Source of the DNA: Eimeria praecox | Taxonomy: Eukaryota | Direction: 5' to 3' | NCBI GenBank assembly: GCA_963920595.1 | Contig: OY986946.1 | Coordinates: 5,828,001-5,892,000 of the forward strand | DNA: 64,000 nt | Shown: positions 1-19,610 of the stretch, piece after piece | Layout: each line of letters begins with the position of its first letter | How positions within the stretch are numbered: position 1 is the first letter of the stretch | Translations under genes and position numbers: made by a program | Notes under the pieces: generated by a model | Database searches by the model: none | The model's input: the letters and a program-made list of their open reading frames with translations, nothing else | Told to the model about the DNA's origin: nothing

Positions 1-1175
1 TTTCTGGAATACGCACTCTACGTGAATAACTCGTTTCATGGATGTGTTGACATATTTAGACAGAAGAATTAACATCGTTAAATAAATAATTATTTTCCAC
101 ATATTATTTCTTCGATACTTGATAGTATACGTAATACAAGATGTTGAGATTCATGAAAGGAAGACCGGGGGGGGGAGGGGGGGAGAGAGAGAGAGAGAGG
201 AGAGAGGAAGGCATGGCGTTGTGGGAGTGAAAATAGAAGCTCTTGTTAATTGACTTGGATAAATTTGAATTTTAGAATGTTTGTTCTTTCATTAAAACCC
301 AGGATTCTTGTTTTCTTCTTGTATTTATTCGAGTCGCCTTGCTGGCATCGCCTCGAGATTGCTGATCTGCACGTGGGCCACTGGCCCGCATCTAAACGGA
401 TGTGTTCTCATGATGGATTTTTTGTGTTTTTTGATTATTTTGAATATTTCGATTTGTGTGTTTAAATTGAAATTGATTTTATTCATGGGATCGACAAAGC
501 GGACTGCTGGGGAGGCGCAGGGGGAGCAACGCGGGAGCCGCGCCTGAGGAAACCCGCGAGCCACGGACCGTGGCTACTGGGCAGCCGCTGTTGCTTATCA
601 GTTTATGATTATGTTTGTTATTTGAATTCTTCTTTATTTTAATTGCATTTAAATGCAGCGGTTTCAACTGGAGGACGTTTAACAGGGTCGTGCGGTGTCT
701 GCTCAGCGAGTCGCCCATCGGGCTGGTTGGCTGCAGCACGGCGCTCCTCTAGAGGAACACATTCTTCTTTTTCTGTGTTTTCTCTTCTTTCAGGTTTCTT
801 CTTGTCTTTTCAAGAACGGGAGAAGGAAGGCAGTACAAATTAGACTCAGCCTTCTTCCTCCATCCCCTGACTTCAAGCAAGCCCGGAGTGCCGCTGTTTC
901 TGTTTCTTCTATGACTCGCTTTGTCCTCTTTCGCTGTTTTCGCTCCTTCTTCTCCTGTTATTCTTAAGCCCTTGATAAGCCGTTGCAATTACGGCTGTTG
1001 CTGCTGTTGTCGCTGCTGCTGCTGCTCTCACTGCGGCTGCCTGCTGCTGCTCGTCTGCGTCCTCCGGGCTTAGAAACTTGCAGCAGCCATCAAAGGCTGA
1101 GACGAGCCGAGTTGAATTTTTGAAAGCGAGATCAGCAGATCTTCGATTTGTCGCTGTTCTCCGACGTTCGTATGC

Positions 1176-1216
<41 letters not shown>

Positions 1217-1336
1217 CTCCACGGCCATCAGGGCAGCCAGCAAACGGCAGCAGACAACACAGAAAGGCAAACACAGCAGCAAACGTGAAGCCGCAGGTGC
1301 AACACGTCTTGCTGCTGCATTTGAAAACAAAACAAC

Positions 1337-1453
1337 ATGGTGGCCTTCATCCATCAGCAAGAGCATCAGCGGCAGCAACAACAACACCAGCAGCAACAAC
1401 CGATTCAACAGCAGCAGCAGCAGCAACAACTACATCACCGGGAACAGCAACAG

Positions 1454-1491
<38 letters not shown>

Positions 1492-1640
1492 GCGGACACC
1501 CACACGCTTCCTGCTCGGCCCATTAGAAGTACCTACCAGCAACAGCAACGAGCCTTGCTTGTTAGATCTTGCAGCAGAAGGAGTGTCTGCTGTCACTGCT
1601 GCTGCTGCAGCGGCTGCTGCGCCTATGGAAGCAGCACCTG

Positions 1641-1674
<34 letters not shown>

Positions 1675-2140
1675 TGAATCGTTGCTCCCTGACTTTCCCT
1701 CCCATGAGCCCATGCTGATGCAGCAAGACACCTCAGTGCTGGATGGCCTTTGCTTTGAAAGCATCGAGACAGTGAACGAGCAGCAGCTAGCGCCGCAGCC
1801 GCAGCGGTTAGGAGTTGCAGCAGCAGCTGCTGCTGCTGCTGCAGCTGCTGCTGCTGCTGCTGCTGAGACCTTTCTTCTTCCAGATTGTAGTCTTCATCCT
1901 CGCGAGGCTCTTCTCCCCTTCTCTCATTCTTTGCTTCACGTCGAACACCAACGTCGGCAGCAACGCCAGCAGCAGCACTTACAGAGCAGGCTGCAGCAGC
2001 AGCAACAGCAACAACAGCAGCAGCAGCAGTTTCTGCACCCGCTGCAGCAGCAGCCACTGCAGCACGATGGCCTTCTGTCTTGTCTCCGTCTTCTTCAAAA
2101 GGAAGAAGCTCCAGCAGATCGTCGTCCCCAGCCAGCGCCG

Positions 2141-2172
<32 letters not shown>

Positions 2173-2320
2173 AGCAGCAGCAGCAGAAGCACTTGCTGCA
2201 GCAGCAGCAGCACGATGGCCATGTGTGCGTTATCGTAGGCATCCCCAAAGTGAGGATGAGGTGCAGCAAGAGCACTGGGAGCATCACGAGCAGCATCGAC
2301 GGAGGCGGCTGCAGCAGCAT

Positions 2321-2352
<32 letters not shown>

Positions 2353-2570
2353 GCAGGAGCAGCAACTGCAGCAGCAGCAACAGGATCGCCTGCGTCGTCA
2401 TTCGGTGCATCAGCTGCTTCAGCAGCGACAGCAGAGACAGCAGCAGCAACAACAACAACAACATCAGCAGCAGCAGCAGCAGCAACGGCAGCAGTGTTGC
2501 TGCATGTGTACCTCCTCCACTGCTATCTGCCTTAGCAACAGAAACAACTGCAGCAGGCGTTGCAGCGTCT

Positions 2571-2611
<41 letters not shown>

Positions 2612-3510
2612 GGCAGCAGCAGCAGCGGCAGCAGAAGCAGCAGGACCAGCTTTACTAGCGGATCGTTGTGTCTTACTCCTTGTGTGGGGGGGCGAGAGCC
2701 TCGTCTCTGTAATCTGTCTAAGCCCCTTCATTTATCTTTTTCTTATGGTGCTTCGAGTGTATCTACACGTTGCTGCAGCACGAGCGACACACATTCTCTG
2801 GAGTGTATCCGTGATGGCTTGCGCTGCTGCTGCTGCTGCTGCTGTTGCTGCTGCTGCGGCAGCAGCAGCAGCAGCACCACCAACATGTTGCTGCTTCCTC
2901 GAAAATCTATACAACTACTCACAGGCTCCGCCACAGTTCATGATTACTATCGTCTTGGGCGTCTACTATCTGTCTGTTCGATGCTTAACCCTCGACAGCA
3001 ACAGCAGCAGCAGCAGCAGCAGCAGCAAGGGAGCGAAGATGGTGCTGCTGCTGCAGCAGACTGCAGCAGACCGCTGCTCTATCATGCTGTAACGAAGGAT
3101 GATAAACAAGAAAAGAGAGTTCTTAAAGTTATTAAGAAGAAGAAGGGACCGATTCATGCAGAGGCAGAGAAGTACCAACCACCCTCATACCCTAAACCCT
3201 AAACCCTAAACCCTAAACCCTAAACCCTAAACCCTAAACCCTAACCTGCAGGAGCGATTTGCAGCCTCCCTGTACTTGTTGTTAATTTCTAAATCTGTTA
3301 TCTGTAGTTTGTTGTTTATTGTTTATTGTTTGTTGTTTGTTGTTTATTGTTTATTGTTTATTGTTTATTTTCAATGTTTTTCTGTTTATTGTTTATTGTC
3401 TATCGTTTAATATTTATTTTTTATTGTTTATTGTTTATAATTTATTGTCTATCATTTAGGGTTTAGGGTTTAGGGTATAGGGTTTCTAAGTAATATACTA
3501 TCTATCTACC

Positions 3511-3589
<79 letters not shown>

Positions 3590-3987
3590 TATGTGTGTCA
3601 TTCAGGGCATGGCGTCGTATGTGTACACATTTATTAAATATTCCCCCTCATCCCAATATCTTAACATTTGAGGCTGTGTTAGAAACATCGGAGGCATTTG
3701 TCTTAGCCTCAGAACAGTTAGAGGGGGGAGAGTTGTTTGATTTTCTTCTAAGAGAGAAAACCATTCATGAAGATGTCTGCCAGTTTATTATGATCCAAAT
3801 ACTTAGAGCTGTACACCATCTACATAGCCATAATCTTCTACACAGGTATATACATACTATATTATTTTAGACATCTATTATATATATATTTATTTATTTA
3901 TTATCTCTTTCTCTCTGTATATATATATAGATATCTATATATATCTATATATATCTATATATAGATATATATAGATATATCTATCTA

Positions 3988-4062
<75 letters not shown>

Positions 4063-4178
4063 GTATATATATATGTATATATATGTATATATATGTATGT
4101 ATCTGTGCATGTATGTATATATGTCTGTCTGTCTATCTGTAAATCTGTCTAACTTCCTATCTATCTATCCAACTATAT

Positions 4179-4240
<62 letters not shown>

Positions 4241-4983
4241 GTAGCAGCACATGCAGTGGTTACAGACAGCCATGTCTCTGTGTAGTCCTACATATATTTT
4301 GGGGGCTTTTTCTATTCCATCAAATCCTATCTCATCAATGCATGCATGCATGCATGCAGTTAGGGTAGTTTGGGGCTGGTTTTGATGGGGCTTTTGTTGT
4401 TGTTTTGTTTTGGTGTTGTTTGAACAGAGATGTGAAGCCCGAGAATTTGATGTTTCGTCATCGGCTGCAAAGACACAATACTGCTGCTGCTGCTGCTGCT
4501 GCTGCTGCCCCTTCCTCCTCTCTGCTGCGGCAGCAGCAGCAGCAACAGCAACAGCAACAACAACAACAACAACAACAACAACAGCAACAACAGCAACAAC
4601 AACACCAGCAGCAGCAGCAGCAGCAGCAGCGAGAAGAGGATGAGGTTCCTTACAGGGAAGGGGTACGGGGGGTAGGGTCTTCTGCCTCTGATGCCTGCAG
4701 CACGAAGCCGCCGCTGCTGTCTATGGAGGAGCAGCACGAGCTGCTGCTGATTGATTTTGATACTTCAGTATTCATAGAAGATCCTCTGGGGGCCCCCCGT
4801 ACCCAGGGGGCCCCGGGGGCCCCGGGGGGCCCCCAGAGGCGTCTTGTGGGTACATACGGCTATTTAGCCCCTGAGGTTCTTATATCGGGTAGATACACGA
4901 GGGCTTCCGACTTGTGGAGTGTTGGCGTCATATTATATATATTAATGACTGTAAGACTAGTAAACACTAATATATATATATAT

Positions 4984-5073
<90 letters not shown>

Positions 5074-6137
5074 GGGGAGGGGGTGCTTGTTAGCGTGATA
5101 TTATGTATATAATAGAAAATAAATGAGAAGGCAGAGTCTGCTAGTATAAAAAATATTTGTTGTGTCTTCTGCGCGACTGCAGCAATGCTGCAGAGACAGA
5201 AGGAGCTCACACAGCAGCGCCCCACAGCCCCCACGATGTTATGGTTTAGGGTTTAGGGTTTAGGGTTTATATAGGGTTTAGGGTTGGGATTAGGGTTTAG
5301 GGTTGGGGTCTTGACGTTGGGACGACGAGGCGTGTGAGAAGACACAGACACGAGTAGACTACACACCTCTCACGCTGAAACCGAATACTACAGGGTTCCG
5401 TAGGGGCCCCCTGGGGGCCCTTAGGGGCCCCCAGGGGCCCTTAGGGGGCCCCCAAGCTTTCTTACGGTCCCCAGGGGGCCTTAGGGGCCCCCAGGGGCCC
5501 TAAGGGGCCCCCAGGTACCCTTAGGGGCCCCCAGGTACCCTTAGGGGCCCCCAGGGGCCCTTAGGGGCCCTTAGGGGGCCCTTGGGGGCCCCCTAAGGGC
5601 CCGTAGAGTAGAGGGATGATGGTGGCTGTGTTAGATGTGAGGGCTGATGCTAGCAAGGAGAGTTTAAAGGAAGTTATCTCGGGTGTACATACGTCTGCAT
5701 GCATGCATTTCTTTTTGTTTTTTTTTCTGCTGCTGTTGCTGTTGCTGCTGCTGTTGCTGCTGTTGCTGCTGCTGTTGCTGCTGCTGTTGCTGCTGGTGTT
5801 CTGCAGGGATCTCCCCCCTTACCAATGGAGTTGATGACGTCTGCTCGGTCTGCCTTAGCTGTCATACAGCAGGTCTCTCAACAGCAGGGCGGGATTGATT
5901 TTGAAGCAGCATCTTTATTGGAGTTTCCTCTCGCTCGCGATTTATGTAAACAATTGTTAGAAATTAATCCAAACAAACGAATACAAACTGCGGCACAGGC
6001 CATGGAACACCCCTGGTAAGGCCTGCTGATGATGATGATGATGATGATGCTGCTGCTGCAGCAGCAGCAGCAGCAGTAATAGTAGCAGGAGGAGGAGGAG
6101 GAGGAGTAATAGGGGCGTAGGACTTTATTTGATTATT

Positions 6138-6224
<87 letters not shown>

Positions 6225-6510
6225 GCAGCAGCAGCAGCAGCAGCAGCTCTGCAGCAGCAATTAAAGCTATGTTTGTATGGAGTCTGTGTCGATTGTGTGC
6301 TGCAGGTTAGATACAGTAAGACATCGGTGGCTGCCGCCCCCGAGAAGACTGAAGCTATGTCCTCTCACCCCACAACACGGAGCTGTCTGTACACCTGGAG
6401 GCTGCCGCTGCTGCTGCTGCTGCAGAACGCCCTATGGTCAGGATGCTGCTGCTGGTGCTCTCGCACTCGTAGATCCAGACGAGCCACCCTCTACCTTGAA
6501 GCAACATCGT

Positions 6511-6549
<39 letters not shown>

Positions 6550-6642
6550 GAAGCAGAAGCAGAAGCAGAAGCGGAAGCAGAAGCAGAAGCAGAAGAGCAA
6601 CAACAACAACAACAAGAAGAAGAAGAAGAAGAAGAACAAGAA

Positions 6643-6673
<31 letters not shown>

Positions 6674-7023
6674 GCGACGATAATTTATTATTAAACAAAC
6701 ATGAAGACAGCCACACTCTACAAAGCAGCAACTGCTGCAGAGCTTTAGATACACCCCACACTTCTTATGAAAACCTGCTGCAGCAGCAGCTGCTGCAGCA
6801 GCAGCTGCTGCAGCAACAGATTCGTCTGTCCCCTCCCTACTTAATGCAAGGGCCAGCAGCAACAGCAGCAACAGCAGCAACAACAACAGCAGCAGCAGCA
6901 GCAGCAACAACAACCTCAGCAGCAGCAACAATAAGCAGCAGAGCTGCAGCCACGACGCCCTCTTCACCGTCTCCCCTCACAAGGCCTTCCGCAACGAACA
7001 GCAACAAGACAGCGAGAGCTGAG

Positions 7024-7088
<65 letters not shown>

Positions 7089-7166
7089 CTCGACTTTGTA
7101 CCCTTCTGTCGAGGATCGAATCCCCGTCTTCCCTTCGCAGCAGCTCAGCAGCAAGCCCGAGACAGG

Positions 7167-7207
<41 letters not shown>

Positions 7208-7356
7208 GCAGCAGCACCGAAACACAGCAGCAGCTGCTTGGTGTTAAGGGTTTACTTGATGCTGCAGAAGAGGAGACAAACTTCAAAGAAAGACTGAGAG
7301 ACAGCAGCGAGTGGAGCTGCTCGACAGCATCTAATGGTGTTGCCGGAGGGTACGGT

Positions 7357-7407
<51 letters not shown>

Positions 7408-7487
7408 GTCTGCACGACGGCTTCGCCTTACAGCACCCCCAACCACCTCTCCCCTGCATCCTGTGGTGTTTTAAATTTGAAAGAATT

Positions 7488-7522
<35 letters not shown>

Positions 7523-7707
7523 CAGCATGTGCTTCCCCCTCAACACTTGATGATGACTGTTGGCCTCGTGCTGCTGTCTGCGACTTACCCTGCAGCAGCA
7601 GCTGCAGCAGCGGCTGCAACAGCGGCAGCAGCAGCTGTTGCAGCAGCAGTTGCAGCAGCCCCAGCAGCCCCAATAGCCGAGGCAGCAGCAATAGCAACAG
7701 CAGCAAT

Positions 7708-7738
<31 letters not shown>

Positions 7739-8009
7739 GCAGCAGCAGCAGGTGTGGGGCCCCACAGCAGCTGCTTGATGCTCTTGAAGGATCGCTGCTG
7801 GGGCTAACAGAAGCAGCACAGCCTCCTCTGCTGCACTCCTTGCTGCTGCAGCCTGCTGCTGCTGCTTCTCTCAACTCTCATCCCCATATATTGCCTGCAG
7901 CAGCAGCAGAAGTTTTAAATACAACATTCCAGCTGCAGCAACTGCAGCAACAACTGCAGCAACAACTGCAGCAGCAACAGCCAGTGCTCCACCAGCTGCA
8001 GCACATACT

Positions 8010-8053
<44 letters not shown>

Positions 8054-8176
8054 CACCTAGCTGCATGCAGCAGAAAGACCTGCAAACACAGAAGCCATGG
8101 GAGGGGCCGTCTGTTCTGACGGAGAGCTGCTGCTTTCAACAGCAGCACAACCCTCCTTGCAGCAGCAGCAGCTCAA

Positions 8177-8234
<58 letters not shown>

Positions 8235-8516
8235 GAGTCGCCTGATGGCTACACACGTTGAAGACATCAGCACTGAGCCCGCTCTAACAAATCCTGCAGC
8301 AGCAGCACCTGGCTTTGCATGCAGCCCCAAAGGCCATCACACATTCGCAGGCTTCTCATCTGCTGCTGCTGCAGCAGCAGCAGCTGCAGCAGCAGCAGCA
8401 GCAGCAGCAGCAGAAACTACTACAAGCAAGAGTGTGTCGTACGCTGCACACCCACGCGAGCAACTCGCACATACTCTGCCGTGTGTAGAGGAGTTTTATG
8501 TTGACTCGTGCCATCT

Positions 8517-8550
<34 letters not shown>

Positions 8551-8622
8551 CTGCAGCAGCTGCAGCAGCTGCAGCAGCTGCAGCAGCTGCAGCAGCTGCA
8601 GCAGCAGCAGCAGCAACAGTAG
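1337..8622 (+). CDS. Ser/Thr protein kinase, CAMK-like, 5 exons, ~1707 aa, with long low-complexity N- and C-terminal regions
   Basis: Exons 1337-3171, 3606-3845, 4428-4950, 5807-6015, 6306-8622; all introns GT-AG with matching phases and total length divisible by 3. The spliced protein has RVLKVIKK (subdomain II), [23 protein letters not shown] (formed across the exon 2/3 junction), [26 protein letters not shown], and LLEINPNKR...AMEHPWL. The start codon is the least certain part. Confidence 0.9.
3190..3244. repeat. Interstitial telomere-like (AAACCCT)n array near the 5' end of kinase intron 1
   Basis: Direct reading of CCCTAAA repeats; an opposite-orientation (TTTAGGG)n run lies at ~3454-3485 in the same intron. 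Confidence 0.95.
5400..5605. repeat. GC-rich tandem array of GGGGCCCC palindromic units (e.g. TTAGGGGCCCCCAGGGGCCC) in kinase intron 3
   Basis: Direct reading; it is preceded by a TTTAGGG array at ~5243-5305. Confidence 0.9.
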
Positions 8623-8729
8623 GAGTATGTCCTGGGATGGGTTGCTGCGTGTTGGTGTTGCTGCTGCAGTATTCTTCTGAAGCAGCTAAGACACCAGAGA
8701 AAACCGAGCAGCAAACAGCAGCAGGAGAA

Positions 8730-8772
<43 letters not shown>

Positions 8773-9048
8773 AAGAGGGCAGGTGACACTACACTGCAGC
8801 AGACACAAGCAGCAGGAGCCGCAGCACAGCAGCGGGAGGGCTACCTCTACCAACAACAACCAAGGGAGACCCTAGCTAGCTAGCTAGACAGCTAGCTAGC
8901 TAGCTAGCTAGCTAGCTAGCTAGCTAGCTAGCTAGGGAGGGAGGGAGGGAAGGCTTTAATTAATTTAGATAGTAAGAGAATTTGAGAATGAATTGCTGGC
9001 CTGGGCAGCCGCAGCTCAGCTAGCGGCGATGGCTACAACAGCAACACT

Positions 9049-9093
<45 letters not shown>

Positions 9094-9218
9094 GGCAGCA
9101 GCAACAGCAGCAGCAGCTGAAGGCCGCAGAAGACAGGAGGGCATTTGACAGCCAAGAGTGCAGCGAAGCCTCTGCTCGTCGTTTGCTGCGTTCACTGCAG
9201 CAACACCCCGCCACCAAA

Positions 9219-9273
<55 letters not shown>

Positions 9274-9566
9274 CTTAGCATTTGTAGTAGGTGCTGCAGC
9301 ATCTGCAAGATATCCAGCTTTGAAGAACCTGCTCCTGCTGCTGCTGCTGCTGCTGCAGCAGCAGCAGCAGCAGCGTAGACCCGGATGCTCTGTGGATGAG
9401 CAACAGCAGCAGAAGCAGCTGCAGCAACAGCAGCAGCAGCAACAACAACAGCGGCAATACCAGCAGCAGCAGCAGCAGCAGCACGAGCGGCTGTGTCTTT
9501 GACTTTGTCTCTTATAGTGTATATCCTGATTGCTCAGCGAATGTTTTGTTTGTTTTAATCTACCTA

Positions 9567-9655
<89 letters not shown>

Positions 9656-10129
9656 GACTCGTCTATCTATCTGTCTATACACCTGAACGCCGTGCCGCTG
9701 CAGCAGCTGTACCCTGGGGGACTCTCCAAGGAAAAGCTGCTGCTGCTGCTGCTGCTGCTGCCGCTGCTGCTGCTGCTGCTGCTGTTAACAGCAGCAGCAG
9801 CAGATTCGGGGCAGAGCAGCAAGGGGTGGGGTTGTGTGTTTATTTTAGAGGAAGAATAGTATAAATGCAGCAGCAGCAGCAGCAGCAGCAAGAGAAGCAG
9901 CAAACAGTCAGCAGCAGTCTGCAGTGTACGTACACCTCGTAACTGCTGCAGGCAGAATATCATCATCATATATATATATACATGTATATTTATTTATGTT
10001 TATTATTATTTATTTATCTTTATTATTATTTATTTGTCTTTATAATTTTTATTGCTGTTTATAAACAAACAAACCGAAAACACAAACATCCTCATTTACG
10101 GGGGAGACAGAATCCCTCTCCTATGTATT

Positions 10130-10178
<49 letters not shown>

Positions 10179-10297
10179 CTAATATATATCTAATATATTA
10201 TATATATTATATGGTATACATTATAGATAGTATAGATTATATATTATATGTATTATAGATATTAGTTGTTTGATGCAGGAGCCAGAAAAACCAATAG

Positions 10298-10385
<88 letters not shown>

Positions 10386-10503
10386 AGAGAGAGAGATAGA
10401 GAGAGAGATACAGATATATAGATATAGATATATAGACATAGATATAGACATAGATATAGATATAGATATAGATATATAGATATATAGATATATAGGAATA
10501 TAG

Positions 10504-10565
<62 letters not shown>

Positions 10566-10904
10566 ATAAATAGGAGATGTGTGTACGTATGTATAATTAT
10601 TTATTGTAGAAGATTGCAGCGAATATTAGAAATGCGAGAATAAACAGTTCTTAACATAACCAACGAACAGAGGGGCTGCTGCTGCTGCTGCTGCTGCTGC
10701 TGCCTGTTCTGCTGCTGCTGCTGCCTGTGCTGCTGCTGCTGCTGCCTGTGCTGCTGCTGCTGCTGCTGCTGCCTGTGCTGCTGCTGCTGCTGCTGTTGCT
10801 GTTGCTGTTCTCCCCCCTACGCTACAAGACAGTGCCGCTGCAGCGTAAGAGCAGCTGAAGAAGCAGTATGCGTGGGGTGTATAGTGAGTGTGTATAGAAT
10901 TGTT

Positions 10905-11425
10905 ATATTAATATATTTTATTTATTTATTCAATATATTAAATTTAATTGTATATTTTATTTATTTATTCAATATATTAATATCAATTATATATTTTATT
11001 TATTTAATATATTAAATTTAATTGTATATTTTGTTTATTTATTCAATATATTAATATCAATTATATATTTTATTTATTTAATATATTAATATCAATTGTA
11101 TATTTTGTTTATTTATTCAATATATTAATATCAATTATATATTTTATTTATTTATTTTATATATTAATATCAATTATATATTTTATTTATTTATTTAACA
11201 TATTAATATCAATTATGTATTTTATTTATTTAATATATTAATATCAATTATATATTTTATTTATTTATTTAATATATTAATATCAATTATATATTTTATT
11301 TATTTATTTAATATATTAATATCAATTACATATTTTATTTATTTATTTAATATATTAATATCAATTATATATTTTATTTATTTATTTAATATATTAATAT
11401 CAATTATATATTTTATTTATTTATT
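10905..11425. repeat. AT-rich minisatellite, unit ~35-39 bp (AATATATTAATATCAATTATATATTTTATTTATTTATTT)
   Basis: About 13 imperfect tandem copies in the kinase-PSMA7 intergenic region. Confidence 0.9.
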
Positions 11426-11944
11426 ATTATATTTGATTACATAGTAAGAACAGCAGCGTTGCAATTGTTGCTCGTTAAATTTAAATTATATAAAATAAAA
11501 CAATTAATAAAAATAAATATAAATAATACAATAAATATAATAAATATAATAAATATAATAAATATAATAAATATAATAAATATAATAAATATAATAAAGT
11601 AGGGGGGGGGGGGGCTTTCATCTGCTGCAGCTGTTGCAGCTATTGGTTATATAAGCATAGAATAAATAGAAAAAGTAAGAAATAAATAAATATTTTATAT
11701 TTAAATTATATTTATATTATTTTATTAATAAAGACAAGAATAAACCCCGTGTTGTGTATGCATACACAACGGCGGCTGCCGTAGTATGTAGTTATGTGTA
11801 TATACACCTGAAAAGCTGCAGTGTATATCCTCTCGTTTTATTTATATTGTATTTGTTTTTATATTTATTTTTGTAAGAAATAACAGAATAAAGGAAGTTA
11901 TAAAGAGGGAGAGAGAGCTGTAGCACAAACAACAACAACAACAA

Positions 11945-12018
<74 letters not shown>

Positions 12019-12206
12019 CGGCGGCTCGACTTTCCTGGTGGATGATGATGTTAATATTTTTCTAAACATTTGTTGTGTTTTTTCTTCTTTTTTCTTCTAT
12101 TTTTAAAACAATTAAACCATCAAACAATATCAGAAGCATAAACCTGGGGGTGGCTTCGTGTGCGTTGCTAGGCGCAGCAGGTCTCTCTCCCAAGTTTGTG
12201 GTTTGT

Positions 12207-12240
<34 letters not shown>

Positions 12241-12253
12241 GCAACAACAACAA

Positions 12254-12303
<50 letters not shown>

Positions 12304-12331
12304 GCAGCAGCAACAACGAGACAGACAGAAG

Positions 12332-17894
<5,563 letters not shown>

Positions 17895-18318
17895 ACCCTA
17901 AACCCTAAACCCTAAACCCTAAACCCTAAACCCTAGAAAGGAGGGGTGCGGCATGTGTCTCCTCAGCAGCATGTGTCTGTCTCCTCTGTTGTAGATAGAA
18001 GAAGAAGAGGATTTGTTTATATAAAGGGGGCTTTATACCTATGCATGCATGCATGCATGCATGTATGCATGTATGCATGCATGAACTGTGGGGTGTACGT
18101 ACAGTATACCCCACTGCATGCACGCATGCATGCATGCATGTATGCATGCATGGACTGTGGGGTGTACGTACAGTATACCCCACTGCATGCATGCATGCAT
18201 GCATGCATGCATGCATTTTTCTTCTTTTGTGGCTTTGAAAGACTAGCAGTGCACTTGAAGGTGCTTCACTGTATATCTATATCTATATACCTATATATAT
18301 ATATATATATATATATAG

Positions 18319-18361
<43 letters not shown>

Positions 18362-18520
18362 TAGCTATAGATATAGATATAGATATAGATATAGATATAG
18401 ATATAGATATAGATATAGATATAGATATAGATATAGATATAGATATAGATATAGATATATAGATAGAGATATAGATATCTGTCTCTCTCTCTCTCTGTAT
18501 ATATATATATATATATATAT

Positions 18521-18563
<43 letters not shown>

Positions 18564-18602
18564 TATAGATATATAGATATATAGATATATAGATAAGATA
18601 TA

Positions 18603-18887
18603 TAAACCCTAAACCCTAAATACTAAACGCTAAGTGCTTAGGCTAAACCGTAAACCCTAGCTACAAAACCCTAGACCCTAACCACTCCCCTAAACCCTAA
18701 ACCCTAAACCCCTAAACTCTAGACCATCACTCTTAAACCCCAACACCTAAACCCAAAACCCTAGCTCTTAAACCCTAAACCCTAGCTCCTAAACCCTAAA
18801 CCCTAGCTCTTAAACCCTAAGCCCTAGCTCTTAAACCCTAAACCCTAGCTCTTAAACCCTAAACCCTAGCTCTTAAACCCTAAACCC
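18603..18887. repeat. Degenerate telomere-like array with a higher-order unit (AAACCCTAGCTCTTAAACCCT[A])
   Basis: CCCTAAA variants grading into about 5 copies of a 21-22 bp composite unit. Confidence 0.85.
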
Positions 18888-19410
18888 TCCTCCTTTATAT
18901 AAAACCTGAGAAGCCGACATCAATTTCTCCTACTTTCTTCTATTTATTTATTTATTAATTACACAAAGATAAGTAATAATATTTACAACTAATAATAATA
19001 TAAAATATTATTAATAATAATAATATAAAATATATATAAAAGAATGCCCCTCTCCCTCTTTCAAGGGATAAAAAAACAACAAACACTCATACAACCAGGT
19101 GTACGTACACCCCAAATATATAACAAACAAATACATACACAACAAACAAAAACAAAAAACTACATGCTTCCCCTTCAATCACCCTATTACACCGCCACCT
19201 CCCCTGACATCGACCCCATGGGGGGCCCCCCCCCACAAGGGGGGCCCCCAACCGCACACACTTGGGCCCCCCATAGGGGCCCCCCGTAGGGGCCCCCCAT
19301 AGGGGCCCCCCACAGGGGCCCCCCACAGAATGGCCCTCCGTAGGGGGCCCCCACAGAATGGCCCCCCATAGGGGGGGGCCCACAGAGGGGCCCCGCCCAG
19401 GGGGGCCCCA

Positions 19411-19610
19411 NNNNNNNNNNNNNNNNNNNNNNNNNNNNNNNNNNNNNNNNNNNNNNNNNNNNNNNNNNNNNNNNNNNNNNNNNNNNNNNNNNNNNNNNNN
19501 NNNNNNNNNNNNNNNNNNNNNNNNNNNNNNNNNNNNNNNNNNNNNNNNNNNNNNNNNNNNNNNNNNNNNNNNNNNNNNNNNNNNNNNNNNNNNNNNNNNN
19601 NNNNNNNNNN
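19411..19610. other. Assembly gap (200 N) flanked by GGGGCCCC-rich repeats (~19220-19700)
   Basis: Run of N in the sequence. Confidence 1.

Noticed and set aside
10905..11425. Regular ~39-bp repeat as a possible CRISPR array
   Set aside because: Tandem AT-rich units without spacers
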